64,000 bases of DNA, from contig CAWFFU010000011.1 in assembly GCA_963815215.1 (NCBI GenBank), forward strand, positions 128,001 to 192,000. Reading direction: 5' to 3'. Source of the DNA: an uncultured Trueperaceae bacterium. GTDB taxonomy: Bacteria; Deinococcota; Deinococci; Deinococcales; Trueperaceae. The notes below the pieces were generated by a model that had not been told where the DNA came from, searched no databases, and was given only the letters and a program-made list of their open reading frames with translations. Both the position numbers and the translations under genes were made by a program. This document shows, piece by piece, positions 41,538 through 51,216 of this stretch; the stretch's first letter is position 1, and the number at the start of each line of letters is the position of its first letter.

Positions 41538-41665
41538 GCTGGACGGGGCTTGTCGCTCAAGACAGCCGAATTCCGCTGAGTGCGTGTGAGACAGCGTTTG
41601 TCGCATATGCGAGATCCGCCCCGGTGGGTTGAGAGCGGCCGAAGTCGAGTCGTTTCGGAGAGGTT

Positions 41666-42200
41666 GACACAACAAGCGACACAACACTTTGCTGGCCAAA
41701 TACCCCGCAGCAACTGGACTTGCGTGGGGACTTCCTTGCTACGGCGTACGTCATCCCAGCGACCAGCCTCGAGGGGCATGACCGCTCTACATGACCAGCC
41801 CATTACGAACCGCGCCAGGAGCGTCCCAGCGCGTCCCGTCACTTCCCAAGAAGTCCAGTCCTGGTCGGCGTTTTTCGTCTCGACGTTGCGACTTCGTTTG
41901 CGCCGCGAGGATCGCATTTCGGGGTCATAAGGTGCACGTAAGGTGCACCGCTGGCGACCTGCCGATCGCCCCCGTAGCCCACGCCCTAGGGGTAGGCGAT
42001 TGGGTCCGGGGCCAGTTTCAAGCAGCCGGTGGCGGTGAATACATGGTGACCCCTCGCGTGTGAACTGCACTGGAGTCATCCCGGCTCATCACGGCGTGTC
42101 CGAGATTGGCGTCCCTCACACCATCACTGGACACCACGTCGTTGCGCCGTACCGGTCGCTACCGTGCCGAATCTCGGACTTGGCTGTCGATTGGCTGTCG
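41666..42200. repeat. Three pairs of short tandem direct repeats (integrase arm-type-like)
   Basis: GACACAACA x2 (41666, 41678), TAAGGTGCAC x2 (41928, 41939), TTGGCTGTCG x2 (42180, 42191). Confidence 0.6.
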
Positions 42201-42275
42201 TTCGGCCGGTCGGTGGAACCAGCGGGATGTGTTGGGCGCCAACGAGATACCCTGGCGCCCAACGCGGCGGCCGCG

Positions 42276-42824
42276 CTAGACCACGACCGCTTCCCTGTTG
42301 GCCTTGTCGGCCGCGATGGCCTGCACATCGAGGGTGAAGCGTACGTCCTCACCGACCAGCATCGCGCCGGCCTCCAGCACCTGGTTCCAGGTCAATCCCC
42401 AATCCTTGCGGTTGAGCTTGCCGCTCCCCTCGGCCGCCGCCCGCACGTTGCCGAAGAGGTCGTTGATCGGTTCCTGTACGTCCACGTCGAAGCTCACGGG
42501 ATGCGACGCGCCGTGCATGCTGAGGTTGCCGGTGATGCGGTAGCGCCCGCGTCCCGCCGCCTCGACCGACGTGCTGACGAAGCGGATCTCCGGGAAGCGC
42601 TCGACGTCGAAGAAGTCCGCAGAGCGCAGGTGGCCGTCGCGGTCGGCCACGCCAGTGTCGATACTTCCCGCGTCGATGACCGCTTCGACACGGCTCGGCC
42701 GGTTTCCGTCGGTGCTCTCGACGTCGAGCGTGAAGTCCTTGAAGCGGCCGCGCACGGTGGCGAACCCCATGTGGCGGACCGAGAACTCGATGCTGCTGTG
42801 GGCGGGATCAAGATTCCACTTCAT
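42276..42824 (-). CDS. yceI: YceI family protein
   Basis: WNLDPAHSSIEFSVRHM, RDGHLRSADFFDV, RKDWGLTWN. Confidence 0.93.
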   Translation of the reverse strand: MKWNLDPAHSSIEFSVRHMGFATVRGRFKDFTLDVESTDGNRPSRVEAVIDAGSIDTGVADRDGHLRSADFFDVERFPEIRFVSTSVEAAGRGRYRITGNLSMHGASHPVSFDVDVQEPINDLFGNVRAAAEGSGKLNRKDWGLTWNQVLEAGAMLVGEDVRFTLDVQAIAADKANREAVVV

Positions 42825-42961
42825 GATTGGTCTCTCCTCCTCCGGAGCACCGCTCCGCCAGCCTGGCGGTGTCAACCGTACTGCCGCGGTGCGCGGACTG
42901 TTGGGCTGAACGCTTGCTGCGCTCGACCGGGTCTGCTCCCCGGCTCGAACAGATCATAGTT

Positions 42962-42990
42962 TAGAGTGCTATATCTTGTCAAGCACTCTA
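42962..42990. promoter_or_regulatory. Inverted-repeat operator between yceI and the HxlR-family regulator
   Basis: TAGAGTGCT-N11-AGCACTCTA in the AT-rich divergent promoter. Confidence 0.6.
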
Positions 42991-43020
42991 TTCAACTAGC
43001 TACTATGCTATATTGACTGC

Positions 43021-43371
43021 ATGGCAAGGATCGACCATGACTACTGCCCCGTATACGCATCCATCGACCTTCTCCAGGAGAAGTGGGTCCTGCACATCGT
43101 TCGCTCGCTGCTGCAAGGCCCCCACGGCTTCAACGAGCTGGCGCGGGCCGTGGGCGGCGCCAACGCCACCACACTGTCGCATCGCCTCGAGCGTTTGGAG
43201 GCTCTTGGCGTCATCGACAAGACGGTGGAATCCACCATGCCGCCCCGCACCAGCTACCAGCTCACGGATGCCGGCCGAGAACTCGAGGCCGTGATCCAAG
43301 CCATCGACCGCTGGGGCCGAACCCACATGGAGGAGGACGTCCCGGGCGCCATAGGGGCGGGCACCAGGTGA
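43021..43371 (+). CDS. HxlR/DUF24 redox-sensing regulator
   Basis: N-terminal YCP, KW, FNEL, LSHRL..LE, PP...Y.LT..G. Confidence 0.92.
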   Translation: MARIDHDYCPVYASIDLLQEKWVLHIVRSLLQGPHGFNELARAVGGANATTLSHRLERLEALGVIDKTVESTMPPRTSYQLTDAGRELEAVIQAIDRWGRTHMEEDVPGAIGAGTR

Positions 43372-43459
43372 GAGCGGAGCGAACGCTCGCCCCCACACCA
43401 ACACTCCAAGAAGAATGAGGACGACCGCAACGACCCTCCAAAACCCGGAAGGAAGACGC

Positions 43460-44356
43460 ATGACCACCACGACCCACATCGGTATCCCACCCACCGCAAA
43501 CCGGCTACCGGCCTCCGCCAAGCCCGGACGCGTCCACCTACAGGTCACCGACCTCGAACGGTCTCTCGACTGGTACACGCGCGTACTCGGCCTGCGCGCC
43601 ACCGAACATCGGGACGGCACGGCGACGCTCACCGACCAGGCCGCAGCGACCACGCTGGTCCAGCTCCGCGAACGCCCCGGCGCAAACCCTGCACAGCGCC
43701 GCCTCGGCCTCTACCACTTCGCCCTCCTGCTGCCCGACCGTAGCGATCTCGGCGCCTTCTTGCGCCACCTCTACGTCCAGGGCGAACGCGTTGCATCGGC
43801 CGACCACCTCGTCAGCGAGGCGCTTTACCTCAACGACCCCGACGGCCTCGGCATCGAGGTCTACGCCGACCGACCGCGTGTGACATGGCGCGTCTCGGAC
43901 GGAGAGATCGTGATGGATACGAGGCCCCTCGACCAACGTGACCTCGCCCGCGCGGCGGTGAACACGACCTGGTACGGCATGCCCGCAGACACCAGCATGG
44001 GCCACGTCCACCTGCACGTCGGCGACCTTGAACGCGCAGACGCCTTCTACCACACGGCGCTCGGTTTCGACCGCATCGTGTGGAGCTACCCCGGCGCCCT
44101 CTTCCTCTCGGCCGGCGGGTACCACCACCACCTCGGCCTCAACATCTGGGCCGGCGACGCCGAGTCCGCCCACGACGACGAGGCACGCCTGATCGACTGG
44201 AGCCTCGTGCTGCCCACCGAAGAGGACGTCCATGCCGCGACCACGAGCCTCCGCGACGCCGGATTCACCGTGACTGAAGACGGCGAAGCAGCGCTCACCA
44301 CCGACCCATGGGGCACGACGGTACGCATCGCGCACCCATCACCGCACCAGTCGTGA
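43460..44356 (+). CDS. CatE-like catechol 2,3-dioxygenase (VOC family)
   Basis: GLYHFALLLP, DHLVSEALYLNDPDG, GHVHL, SAGGYHHHLGLN. Confidence 0.9.
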   Translation: MTTTTHIGIPPTANRLPASAKPGRVHLQVTDLERSLDWYTRVLGLRATEHRDGTATLTDQAAATTLVQLRERPGANPAQRRLGLYHFALLLPDRSDLGAFLRHLYVQGERVASADHLVSEALYLNDPDGLGIEVYADRPRVTWRVSDGEIVMDTRPLDQRDLARAAVNTTWYGMPADTSMGHVHLHVGDLERADAFYHTALGFDRIVWSYPGALFLSAGGYHHHLGLNIWAGDAESAHDDEARLIDWSLVLPTEEDVHAATTSLRDAGFTVTEDGEAALTTDPWGTTVRIAHPSPHQS

Positions 44357-44522
44357 AGATGGCCCGTCCCCGCACGCTCGACGCGACGACGCGCCGATCT
44401 GCATCTACCTCGGTGGTTCGCATCTTGCACAATTCACCGAGGCCGCTCGTTCCTCACGTCCGCCGCAACGCTTGACGTAAACTCAGCGTTCAACAGCGGC
44501 AGACGCGGAGGTCGGTGGATCC

Positions 44523-46169
44523 ATGGCAGCAGCGACGATGATCCTGGTCCTCCTGCTTGCAGTCTTGGTGAGCAGGATCCTCGTTTTGCTGTCACCCGTG
44601 AAGCTGCCTCTGCCTATCCTCCAGGTCCTCATCGGAGCTGCCCTCAGTTACATCATCGGCTTCAACGTCCGCCTGGACCCCGACGTCTTCTTCCTCGTAC
44701 TCATCCCACCCCTGCTGTTCCTGGACGGCTGGCGCCTCCCCAAGAACGCGCTGGTCAGAGACTGGCGACCGATCACAACGCTCGCGTTCGGACTCGTCGT
44801 CTTTACCGTCCTCGGCATCGGCCTCCTCGTCCACACGCTTGTTCCAGTAGTCCCCCTCGGCGTCGCGTTCGCCCTGGCCGCCATCCTCTCGCCCACCGAT
44901 CCAGTGGCCGTATCGGCCATCACCGCAGGCGCACCGATCCCTTCCCGGCTGATGCACATCCTCGAAGGCGAAGCCCTCTTCAACGACGCCTCCGGCCTCG
45001 TATGCTTCCGCTTCGCCGTCGCTGCCGTCCTCACAGGCAGCTTCTCGCTAGGCCAAGCCTCGCTCACCTTCCTCGAAGTGGCCGCAGGCGGCCTCCTCAC
45101 CGGAGTTGCGATCGCTTGGGCCGCAAGCTTTGTCTACCACTGGATCACGCGATGGACCGGAGACGAACCGGGCACGCCGATCCTCATCAGCATCCTCATC
45201 CCCTCCGCGGCCTACCTCACGGCCGAGCACCTTGGCGTTTCCGGCATCCTGGCCGCCGCCGCGGCCGGCATTTCGATGCACTACGCCGATCTCATCAAGC
45301 GTTCGTCCGCTATCACCCGCATGCGCCGCAGCGCCATCTGGGAGATGCTCCAGGTCACGCTGAACGGCATCATCTTCGTGCTGCTTGGCGAGCAGCTCCC
45401 CGGTATTCTCGCCAGCGCACCCGATCTCGCTCGCAGCATAGGAGCGGTAACTCCCTGGTGGCTGTTGGCGTACGTGACCGCCGTGACACTCGCACTCGTC
45501 ATCCTGCGGTTCATCTGGGTATGGGCCTCTCTCGAAGGTGCACGCTTGCTGGCCGCGCTGCGTGGCGGGAGGCGCGACCGAGCGCCGTTGCGCTTCATCC
45601 TCACCGCAGCCATGGCTGGCGCCAAGGGTGCCATCACGCTCGCCGGCATCCTGACGCTGCCCACCGTCATGGCCGACGGTTCCACATTCCCAGCTCGCGG
45701 ATTCGCCATCTTCCTCGCCATGGGCGTCGTCCTCCTGTCCCTCCTGCTGGCAAGCGTAGGACTTCCCATCGTGGTTAAGAACCTCGAGGTTCCCGATACG
45801 CTGCCGGCGACCGACAAGGAGCAAGACGCCCGAGACGCCGCCGCCGAAGCCGCTATCCGTCGCATCCAGCAGATCCTGAGCCGATCCACCGGCGAGAACA
45901 CGGACCTATGGGCAGAAGCCGCTAGCAACGTCACAGAGCGGTATCGGCAACGGCTCGACCACGGTACTGCCCAAGACGACGCAGGACGCGTGCGTGCCCT
46001 GGCGGACGCAGAGAGGCAACTCAGACTCGACGCGCTTCATGCAGAACGCGACGAGCTCTACCACCTGCGACTGGCTCGGTACATCGACGACGCCCTGCAC
46101 CGGAAGCTCGTCCGCGAGATCGACCTCATGGAAGCGGGCCTTTCCGCTTCGCCAGCGTGGCGGAGATAG
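44523..46169 (+). CDS. CPA1 Na+/H+ antiporter (YjcE/NhaK-like)
   Basis: PPLLF, SPTDPVAV, EGEALFNDASGL, HLGVSGILA. Confidence 0.92.
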   Translation: MAAATMILVLLLAVLVSRILVLLSPVKLPLPILQVLIGAALSYIIGFNVRLDPDVFFLVLIPPLLFLDGWRLPKNALVRDWRPITTLAFGLVVFTVLGIGLLVHTLVPVVPLGVAFALAAILSPTDPVAVSAITAGAPIPSRLMHILEGEALFNDASGLVCFRFAVAAVLTGSFSLGQASLTFLEVAAGGLLTGVAIAWAASFVYHWITRWTGDEPGTPILISILIPSAAYLTAEHLGVSGILAAAAAGISMHYADLIKRSSAITRMRRSAIWEMLQVTLNGIIFVLLGEQLPGILASAPDLARSIGAVTPWWLLAYVTAVTLALVILRFIWVWASLEGARLLAALRGGRRDRAPLRFILTAAMAGAKGAITLAGILTLPTVMADGSTFPARGFAIFLAMGVVLLSLLLASVGLPIVVKNLEVPDTLPATDKEQDARDAAAEAAIRRIQQILSRSTGENTDLWAEAASNVTERYRQRLDHGTAQDDAGRVRALADAERQLRLDALHAERDELYHLRLARYIDDALHRKLVREIDLMEAGLSASPAWRR

Positions 46170-46534
46170 CGGTGCTTCAGCAAAACGGCAGGCCGTTGCC
46201 TATGGCTCAACCCATGTTGACGAAAGAAGACGTGGCGATTCGATCGGTACCGGAAGAAGGTCGCGGCCGTATAGCAGAATCCCCTTCCGGACGCGCAAGA
46301 CAGGTGTTCTCCGTGGGTGCCATGGCGTTATCGTCTAATGGCCCAGGACGCCGGGTTCTCAGCTCGGTAACCCCGGGTCGAATCCGGGCAACGTCACCAC
46401 CACCCTCAAAGCAAAGCGCATCCGGAGATTGCAATGCGGTTAGCCACCGCTTCGAAGCGTCAGGCTCGCGGTAACGCTGCTGCCATCGCGGTCGCTGTGG
46501 CCCAGATCTGGATCGAACCGGACAGGAGCTCGAC

Positions 46535-48124
46535 ATGATCACGACGACCGGCCGCATCCACCACGTGAGTGCCATATCAAGCGACGCGCAGAAGACCGTC
46601 GACTTCTACGCAACCTTCCTCGGCCTGCGTCTCGTGAAGCAGACCGTCAACTTCGATGACCCCAATACGTATCACCTCTACTTCGGTGACCACATCGGGC
46701 AACCCGGAACCCTCATGACCTTCTTCCCTTGGCCCGGCGCAGACCGCGGCCGGCGCGGCGCAGGTCAGGTGACACGCATCTCACTGTCGATCCCCGAGCA
46801 CGCCCTCGCGTTCTGGGTCGAACGCTTGACGACCGCCAATCTCGCCTACACCTTCGGCAGCCGCTTCAGGGAGCGATCGATCGACTTCCAGGACCCCGAC
46901 GGGCTCGAACTCTCGCTCGTCGCGACGGACACAGGCGATCCGCCACCCAGCTGGCCAAACGCTTCCGTAGGTCCCGATCACGCCGTCCGAGGGATCCACA
47001 GCGCGACGCTCTGGGTCGACGCGATCGGGCCGACCATGTCCCTACTCACCGGCAGGCTCAGCTACGAGGCAGCGGGAACGGAGGACCGCACCACACGGCT
47101 AACGCATCCCAGCGAAGGCCTGGGCCAGCACATCGAAATAAGAGACACGGGTGGCTTCTGGCCCGGGGCCATCGGAAGCGGCGTCGTGCATCACATCGCC
47201 TTCCGGGCCGACACAGATGCCGCCCAAGAGCGCATCCGGGAAGAACTCGTGGCGGAAGGGCTGCATCCCACCCCCGTCCTCGACAGGAAGTACTTCCGCA
47301 GCGTCTACTTCCGAGAGCCGGGTCACGCCCTCTTCGAGATCGCAACGGATCCGCCAGGCTTCGAAGTGGACGAAAGCCTAGATGACCTGGGCAGGCACCT
47401 GACGCTGCCCTCCCAGCACGAATCGATGCGAGACGCCATCGAACGCGCACTTCCCACGCTCACCATCGACCGCACTCGAACGAAACGAGTGGGCGACGGG
47501 GACGCCTCCGAGTTCGTCCACCGCATGCTCTCCAAACCCGGCGCGAAGAGGGTCATCCTCGCATTGCACGGCACTGGCGGAGACGAGAACGACATCATCC
47601 CGCTGGCCGAAGAGCTGGACGCCGAGGCCACCATCCTCAGCCCGCGAGGCCGCGTCAAGGAAGGGACTCAGCTACGGTTCTTCGCGCGGTACCCCGACGG
47701 GACGTTCGACCAGGACAGCCTTGCACGAGAAGCGCACGCCTTGGCCAGCTTCGTGAAACGAAGCCGCGCCAGATACGGCCTGGAAGGGCTCCCACTGATC
47801 GCGCTCGGGTACTCCAACGGCGCGAACATCGCCGCGGCTCTCCTGATGCGCGACCCCGACCTCCTCGACGGCGCCATCCTCCTCCGAGGGATGGTGCCTT
47901 TCGAACCCGAGGAAGCGCCTGATCTACACAACGTACCCGTACTCCTGAGCAGCGGCATCGAGGACGCCACGATTCCAAGGCACGCCTCCGACGCGCTCGA
48001 ACACGTCCTATGGAAGGCCGGCGCGAACATCTCGATCCACCGTGCAGACGGCGGCCACGCGCTAACGGAGAACGATGTCACGGCGGCCCGCGCCTGGCTC
48101 GACAACCTCTCGCTGCACACGTAG
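46535..48124 (+). CDS. MhqO-like ring-cleaving dioxygenase fused to an MhqD-like alpha/beta hydrolase
   Basis: IHHV, VKQTVNFDDP, HHIAFR, DRKYFRSVYFREP; then LHGTGGDE, GYSNG, GGH in one frame. Confidence 0.88.
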   Translation: MITTTGRIHHVSAISSDAQKTVDFYATFLGLRLVKQTVNFDDPNTYHLYFGDHIGQPGTLMTFFPWPGADRGRRGAGQVTRISLSIPEHALAFWVERLTTANLAYTFGSRFRERSIDFQDPDGLELSLVATDTGDPPPSWPNASVGPDHAVRGIHSATLWVDAIGPTMSLLTGRLSYEAAGTEDRTTRLTHPSEGLGQHIEIRDTGGFWPGAIGSGVVHHIAFRADTDAAQERIREELVAEGLHPTPVLDRKYFRSVYFREPGHALFEIATDPPGFEVDESLDDLGRHLTLPSQHESMRDAIERALPTLTIDRTRTKRVGDGDASEFVHRMLSKPGAKRVILALHGTGGDENDIIPLAEELDAEATILSPRGRVKEGTQLRFFARYPDGTFDQDSLAREAHALASFVKRSRARYGLEGLPLIALGYSNGANIAAALLMRDPDLLDGAILLRGMVPFEPEEAPDLHNVPVLLSSGIEDATIPRHASDALEHVLWKAGANISIHRADGGHALTENDVTAARAWLDNLSLHT

Positions 48125-48216
48125 GGCCAAGCCGGGACTATGCTGAGCGCGCCGCAGGAGGGAAGCATGCCTGCTCGCTCGCCGCGCGAACGCGGGCGCG
48201 CACGAAGGGGAGCGTT

Positions 48217-49491
48217 ATGACCGATCACATTTCGTCGGAACGCGCACAAGTCGTCCTGAAGGGCCTAGACGAGCTCCTGCCAGATCTCGAAGCGCTCTAC
48301 AAGGACGTCCATGCCCATCCTGAGTTGTCCATGCAGGAAACGCGGACAGCGGGCATTGCTGCCAAGCAGCTCAGGAGCACTGGATACGAGGTCACCACGG
48401 GGGTCGGCAAGACGGGCGTGGTCGGACTCCTGCGAAACGGTGAGGGACCCACCGTGATGTTGCGCGCCGACATGGACGCGCTGCCCATCGCCGAGAACAC
48501 CGGCCTCGATTACGCCAGCACGATCAAGGCTCCCGACGCCGAGGGAAACACCGTCCCCGTCGGACACATGTGCGGACACGACATGCACGTCGCCTGGCTG
48601 GTCGGGGCTTCAACGCTGCTGTCCCAGGTGCGCGAGGCCTGGAAGGGCACGTTGATGGTCGTGTTCCAGCCGGGGGAGGAGACCGCGCAGGGTGCGCAGG
48701 CCATGATCGACGACGGACTCCTCGATCGCTTCCCGACGCCCGTGGTTGCCCTAGGCCAGCACCTCATGGTCGGGCCGGCCGGGACCGTGGCCGGCAGCTC
48801 CGGGCCGATCACCTCCGCCGCGGACAGCCTAGAGATCCGACTCTTCGGGCGGGGGGCGCACGGCTCGATGCCACAGGCCAGCGTCGACCCCGTCGTGATG
48901 GCCGCGTCTGTTGTCCTGCGGCTACAAACGATCGTGTCACGCGAGGTTGCTGCAACCGATGCGGCCGTGGTGACGGTCGGCGTCCTACAAGCCGGCACCA
49001 AGGAGAACGTCATCCCCGACGACGCCGTCATCAAGCTCAACGTGCGCACGTTCGACGCAGGCGTGCGCGAGCACGTGCTCAGCGCCATCGAACGCATCGT
49101 CCGCGCAGAAGCGCAAGCTTCGCGGGCCCCACGCGAACCCGAGATCACCCCACTCGATCGCTACCCGCTCAACGTCAACGACGAAGCCGCTAGCGAGCGC
49201 GTTGCCGAGGCCTTCCGCCGACACTTCACGGCTGACAGGGTCAAGCACACGGGCCCCGCCCCGGCCAGCGAAGACTTCGGTTGCTTCGGCACGGCATGGC
49301 ATGTCCCCTCGGTGTTCTGGTTCGTGGGCGGCAACGAGCCTGACCTCTACGAGAAGGCCAAGGCCGAGGGCCGGCTCAACGAGCTACCCGTGAATCACAG
49401 CCCGCAATTCGCTCCCGTACTCCACCCCACCCTGGAAACCGGCGTCGAGGCCATGGTCACCGCCGCCCTTGCGTGGCTGGCAGCGAGTTGA
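48217..49491 (+). CDS. M20 amidohydrolase (hippurate hydrolase-like)
   Basis: HPELS, LRADMDALP, HMCGHD, FQPGEE, SEDF, NHSP. Confidence 0.92.
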   Translation: MTDHISSERAQVVLKGLDELLPDLEALYKDVHAHPELSMQETRTAGIAAKQLRSTGYEVTTGVGKTGVVGLLRNGEGPTVMLRADMDALPIAENTGLDYASTIKAPDAEGNTVPVGHMCGHDMHVAWLVGASTLLSQVREAWKGTLMVVFQPGEETAQGAQAMIDDGLLDRFPTPVVALGQHLMVGPAGTVAGSSGPITSAADSLEIRLFGRGAHGSMPQASVDPVVMAASVVLRLQTIVSREVAATDAAVVTVGVLQAGTKENVIPDDAVIKLNVRTFDAGVREHVLSAIERIVRAEAQASRAPREPEITPLDRYPLNVNDEAASERVAEAFRRHFTADRVKHTGPAPASEDFGCFGTAWHVPSVFWFVGGNEPDLYEKAKAEGRLNELPVNHSPQFAPVLHPTLETGVEAMVTAALAWLAAS

Positions 49492-49585
49492 TCGAGCATG
49501 GCACGTCGCAATCCGCTTCGGAACACACGAGCCTGTCACCGCGCGTTCGCCTCGACGCGGTGACGGGGGCAGTGCCAAGGCCATA

Positions 49586-50254
49586 ATGGGCGGCATCGAG
49601 ATCTTCGCGCATGTCCTGGACCTTGGAGGCACGTTCGTCTTCGCGATCAGTGGCGCGCTCGCGGCCGTCAACCGACGCCTCGACCTCTTCGGCATCCTCG
49701 TCCTCGCCTTCGTCGCAGGCAACGTCGGCGGCATCACACGCGACGTCCTGATCGGCGCGGTACCACCAGCCGCCCTTGCCGACGTGAGCTACCTGCTGGT
49801 CTCGGTGCTGGCCGGCATGATCACCTACTTCGCCTACGCCGGCGTCGACCGACTGCGCAACCCGGTCCTGCTGTTCGACGCCGTGGGACTCGCGTTCTTC
49901 GCCGTGGCCGGCGCCCACAAAGCGCTCCAGTTCGGGCTCGGACCCGTCATGGCCGCCTTGCTCGGCATGCTCACAGGCATCGGCGGCGGCATGGCGCGCG
50001 ACGTCCTCACCATGCAAACCCCGCACGTCCTGCGTTCCGACCTCTACGCCGTTGCCGCCCTCGCCGGCGCATCCATCGTCGTCATCGGCCACGCGCTGGG
50101 CCTCTCATACGGGATCGCAGCCCCCATCGGAGGAATTCTCTGCTTCGGGCTGCGGTACATGGCGATCCGACACGCCTGGCACCTCCCTACCGCGAAGCTC
50201 TCTGCCCGCAACCGCGCAGGTGCGGATGACCCGGCCAACGAGGAGCAACCGTAA
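49586..50254 (+). CDS. TRIC/UPF0126 (YadS-like) membrane protein
   Basis: Duplicated GG(G)xxRD motifs, DAVGL; start uncertain. Confidence 0.88.
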   Translation: MGGIEIFAHVLDLGGTFVFAISGALAAVNRRLDLFGILVLAFVAGNVGGITRDVLIGAVPPAALADVSYLLVSVLAGMITYFAYAGVDRLRNPVLLFDAVGLAFFAVAGAHKALQFGLGPVMAALLGMLTGIGGGMARDVLTMQTPHVLRSDLYAVAALAGASIVVIGHALGLSYGIAAPIGGILCFGLRYMAIRHAWHLPTAKLSARNRAGADDPANEEQP

Positions 50255-50404
50255 CGCTTCCTAGGCCTCGCGCGCGAGCGAAGCCACCCCTGGAGTCGCC
50301 TCGGTTCCGCACCACCTTGCCGCTGACGCTCAGCCGCAAGGAGCAGACCATGTTGGCACCGAGCGGTGCGGGGGACACCCCCATGGGCGAGGGCAGTAGG
50401 CTGG

Positions 50405-50722
50405 AGCATTCTCGATATTGACCTCCCGTACTTCAACGGCTGCCCCTCCTGGGACCGCGCCTGGGCGGAACTGGGATGCGCCCTGGTCCAAGTCGGGGTC
50501 AGCGCTTGCGTGCGCCTCCGTGACATCGCCGACCTCACTGACGCGGACAACGCCGGCTTCGCGGGATCACCCACCATCCGCATCGAAGGCCGTGACCTCG
50601 AGGGCTACCACGGTCCGGCACGAATGGCACGCCGTCGCTACCTCGACAACGACGGACACGGCTGGCCCGGCCAAGAGGCGTTGCAAGAGAAGCTACGCGC
50701 CGCCCTGGCAGCAAACGCCTAG
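50405..50722 (+). pseudogene. Degenerate thioredoxin-like protein
   Basis: YFNGCPSW and FAGSPTIRIEGRD; no good start codon; the usual second Cys (CRxY) reads RRRY; boundary approximate. Confidence 0.55.
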
Positions 50723-50870
50723 AAGGTCACGACCCGTTCGGCCTCCAGCGTCCATCGACCAAGTTCGTCCATACTGCCACGATGCACGCCCTCCAGGAGA
50801 TGCGCCTCGGTCATCCCGCGCGCGTCCATGCACGTTCCGCAGACCCTTACCTCCACACCGGCATCGCGGC
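50719..50870 (-). pseudogene. DsrE/YchN family C-terminal fragment
   Basis: VCGTCMDARG...SMDELGRWTLEAERVVTF; N-terminal half missing; boundary approximate. Confidence 0.7.
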
Positions 50871-51216
50871 TGTTTCCCTCGCAGCGAGGCTCATCTAGGG
50901 CGGCGACAGAGCATCTGCGCCCGCAAGAACCATGGTGCGGCCGCGCCGCAACGAGCCTGAGCGAGTAGTCAGGCATGCATCCCCCGGCACCATGCAGATG
51001 TCGTGGCCGACAGATCCTGGTCGAGCGGGCTCAGACCGCCCAACGCACGCGGACGCGACCGTCGCGTCGGGGACAATTGGCCCTGTCCGTCACCGCGGAC
51101 ACTACCTAGCATGGCGCGCGCCGTGTTCAAGGTTGATTGAACGCAGCGGTTGGGGGTGGATCGGCGTTCGCTCTCGATGCGTCGACCTGCACGTCGCCCA
51201 GAACCAGGAGGGACCC

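Noticed and set aside
41493..41570. Complete tRNA-Arg gene
   Set aside because: There is no D arm, 5' acceptor strand or 5' anticodon stem, so it is treated as an att fragment
42061..42134. IS3-like terminus (TGAACTGCAC...)
   Set aside because: No transposase and no matching second end
42962..42990. CIRCE (HrcA) element
   Set aside because: The half-sites resemble CIRCE but are in everted order with the wrong spacing, and no chaperone gene is adjacent
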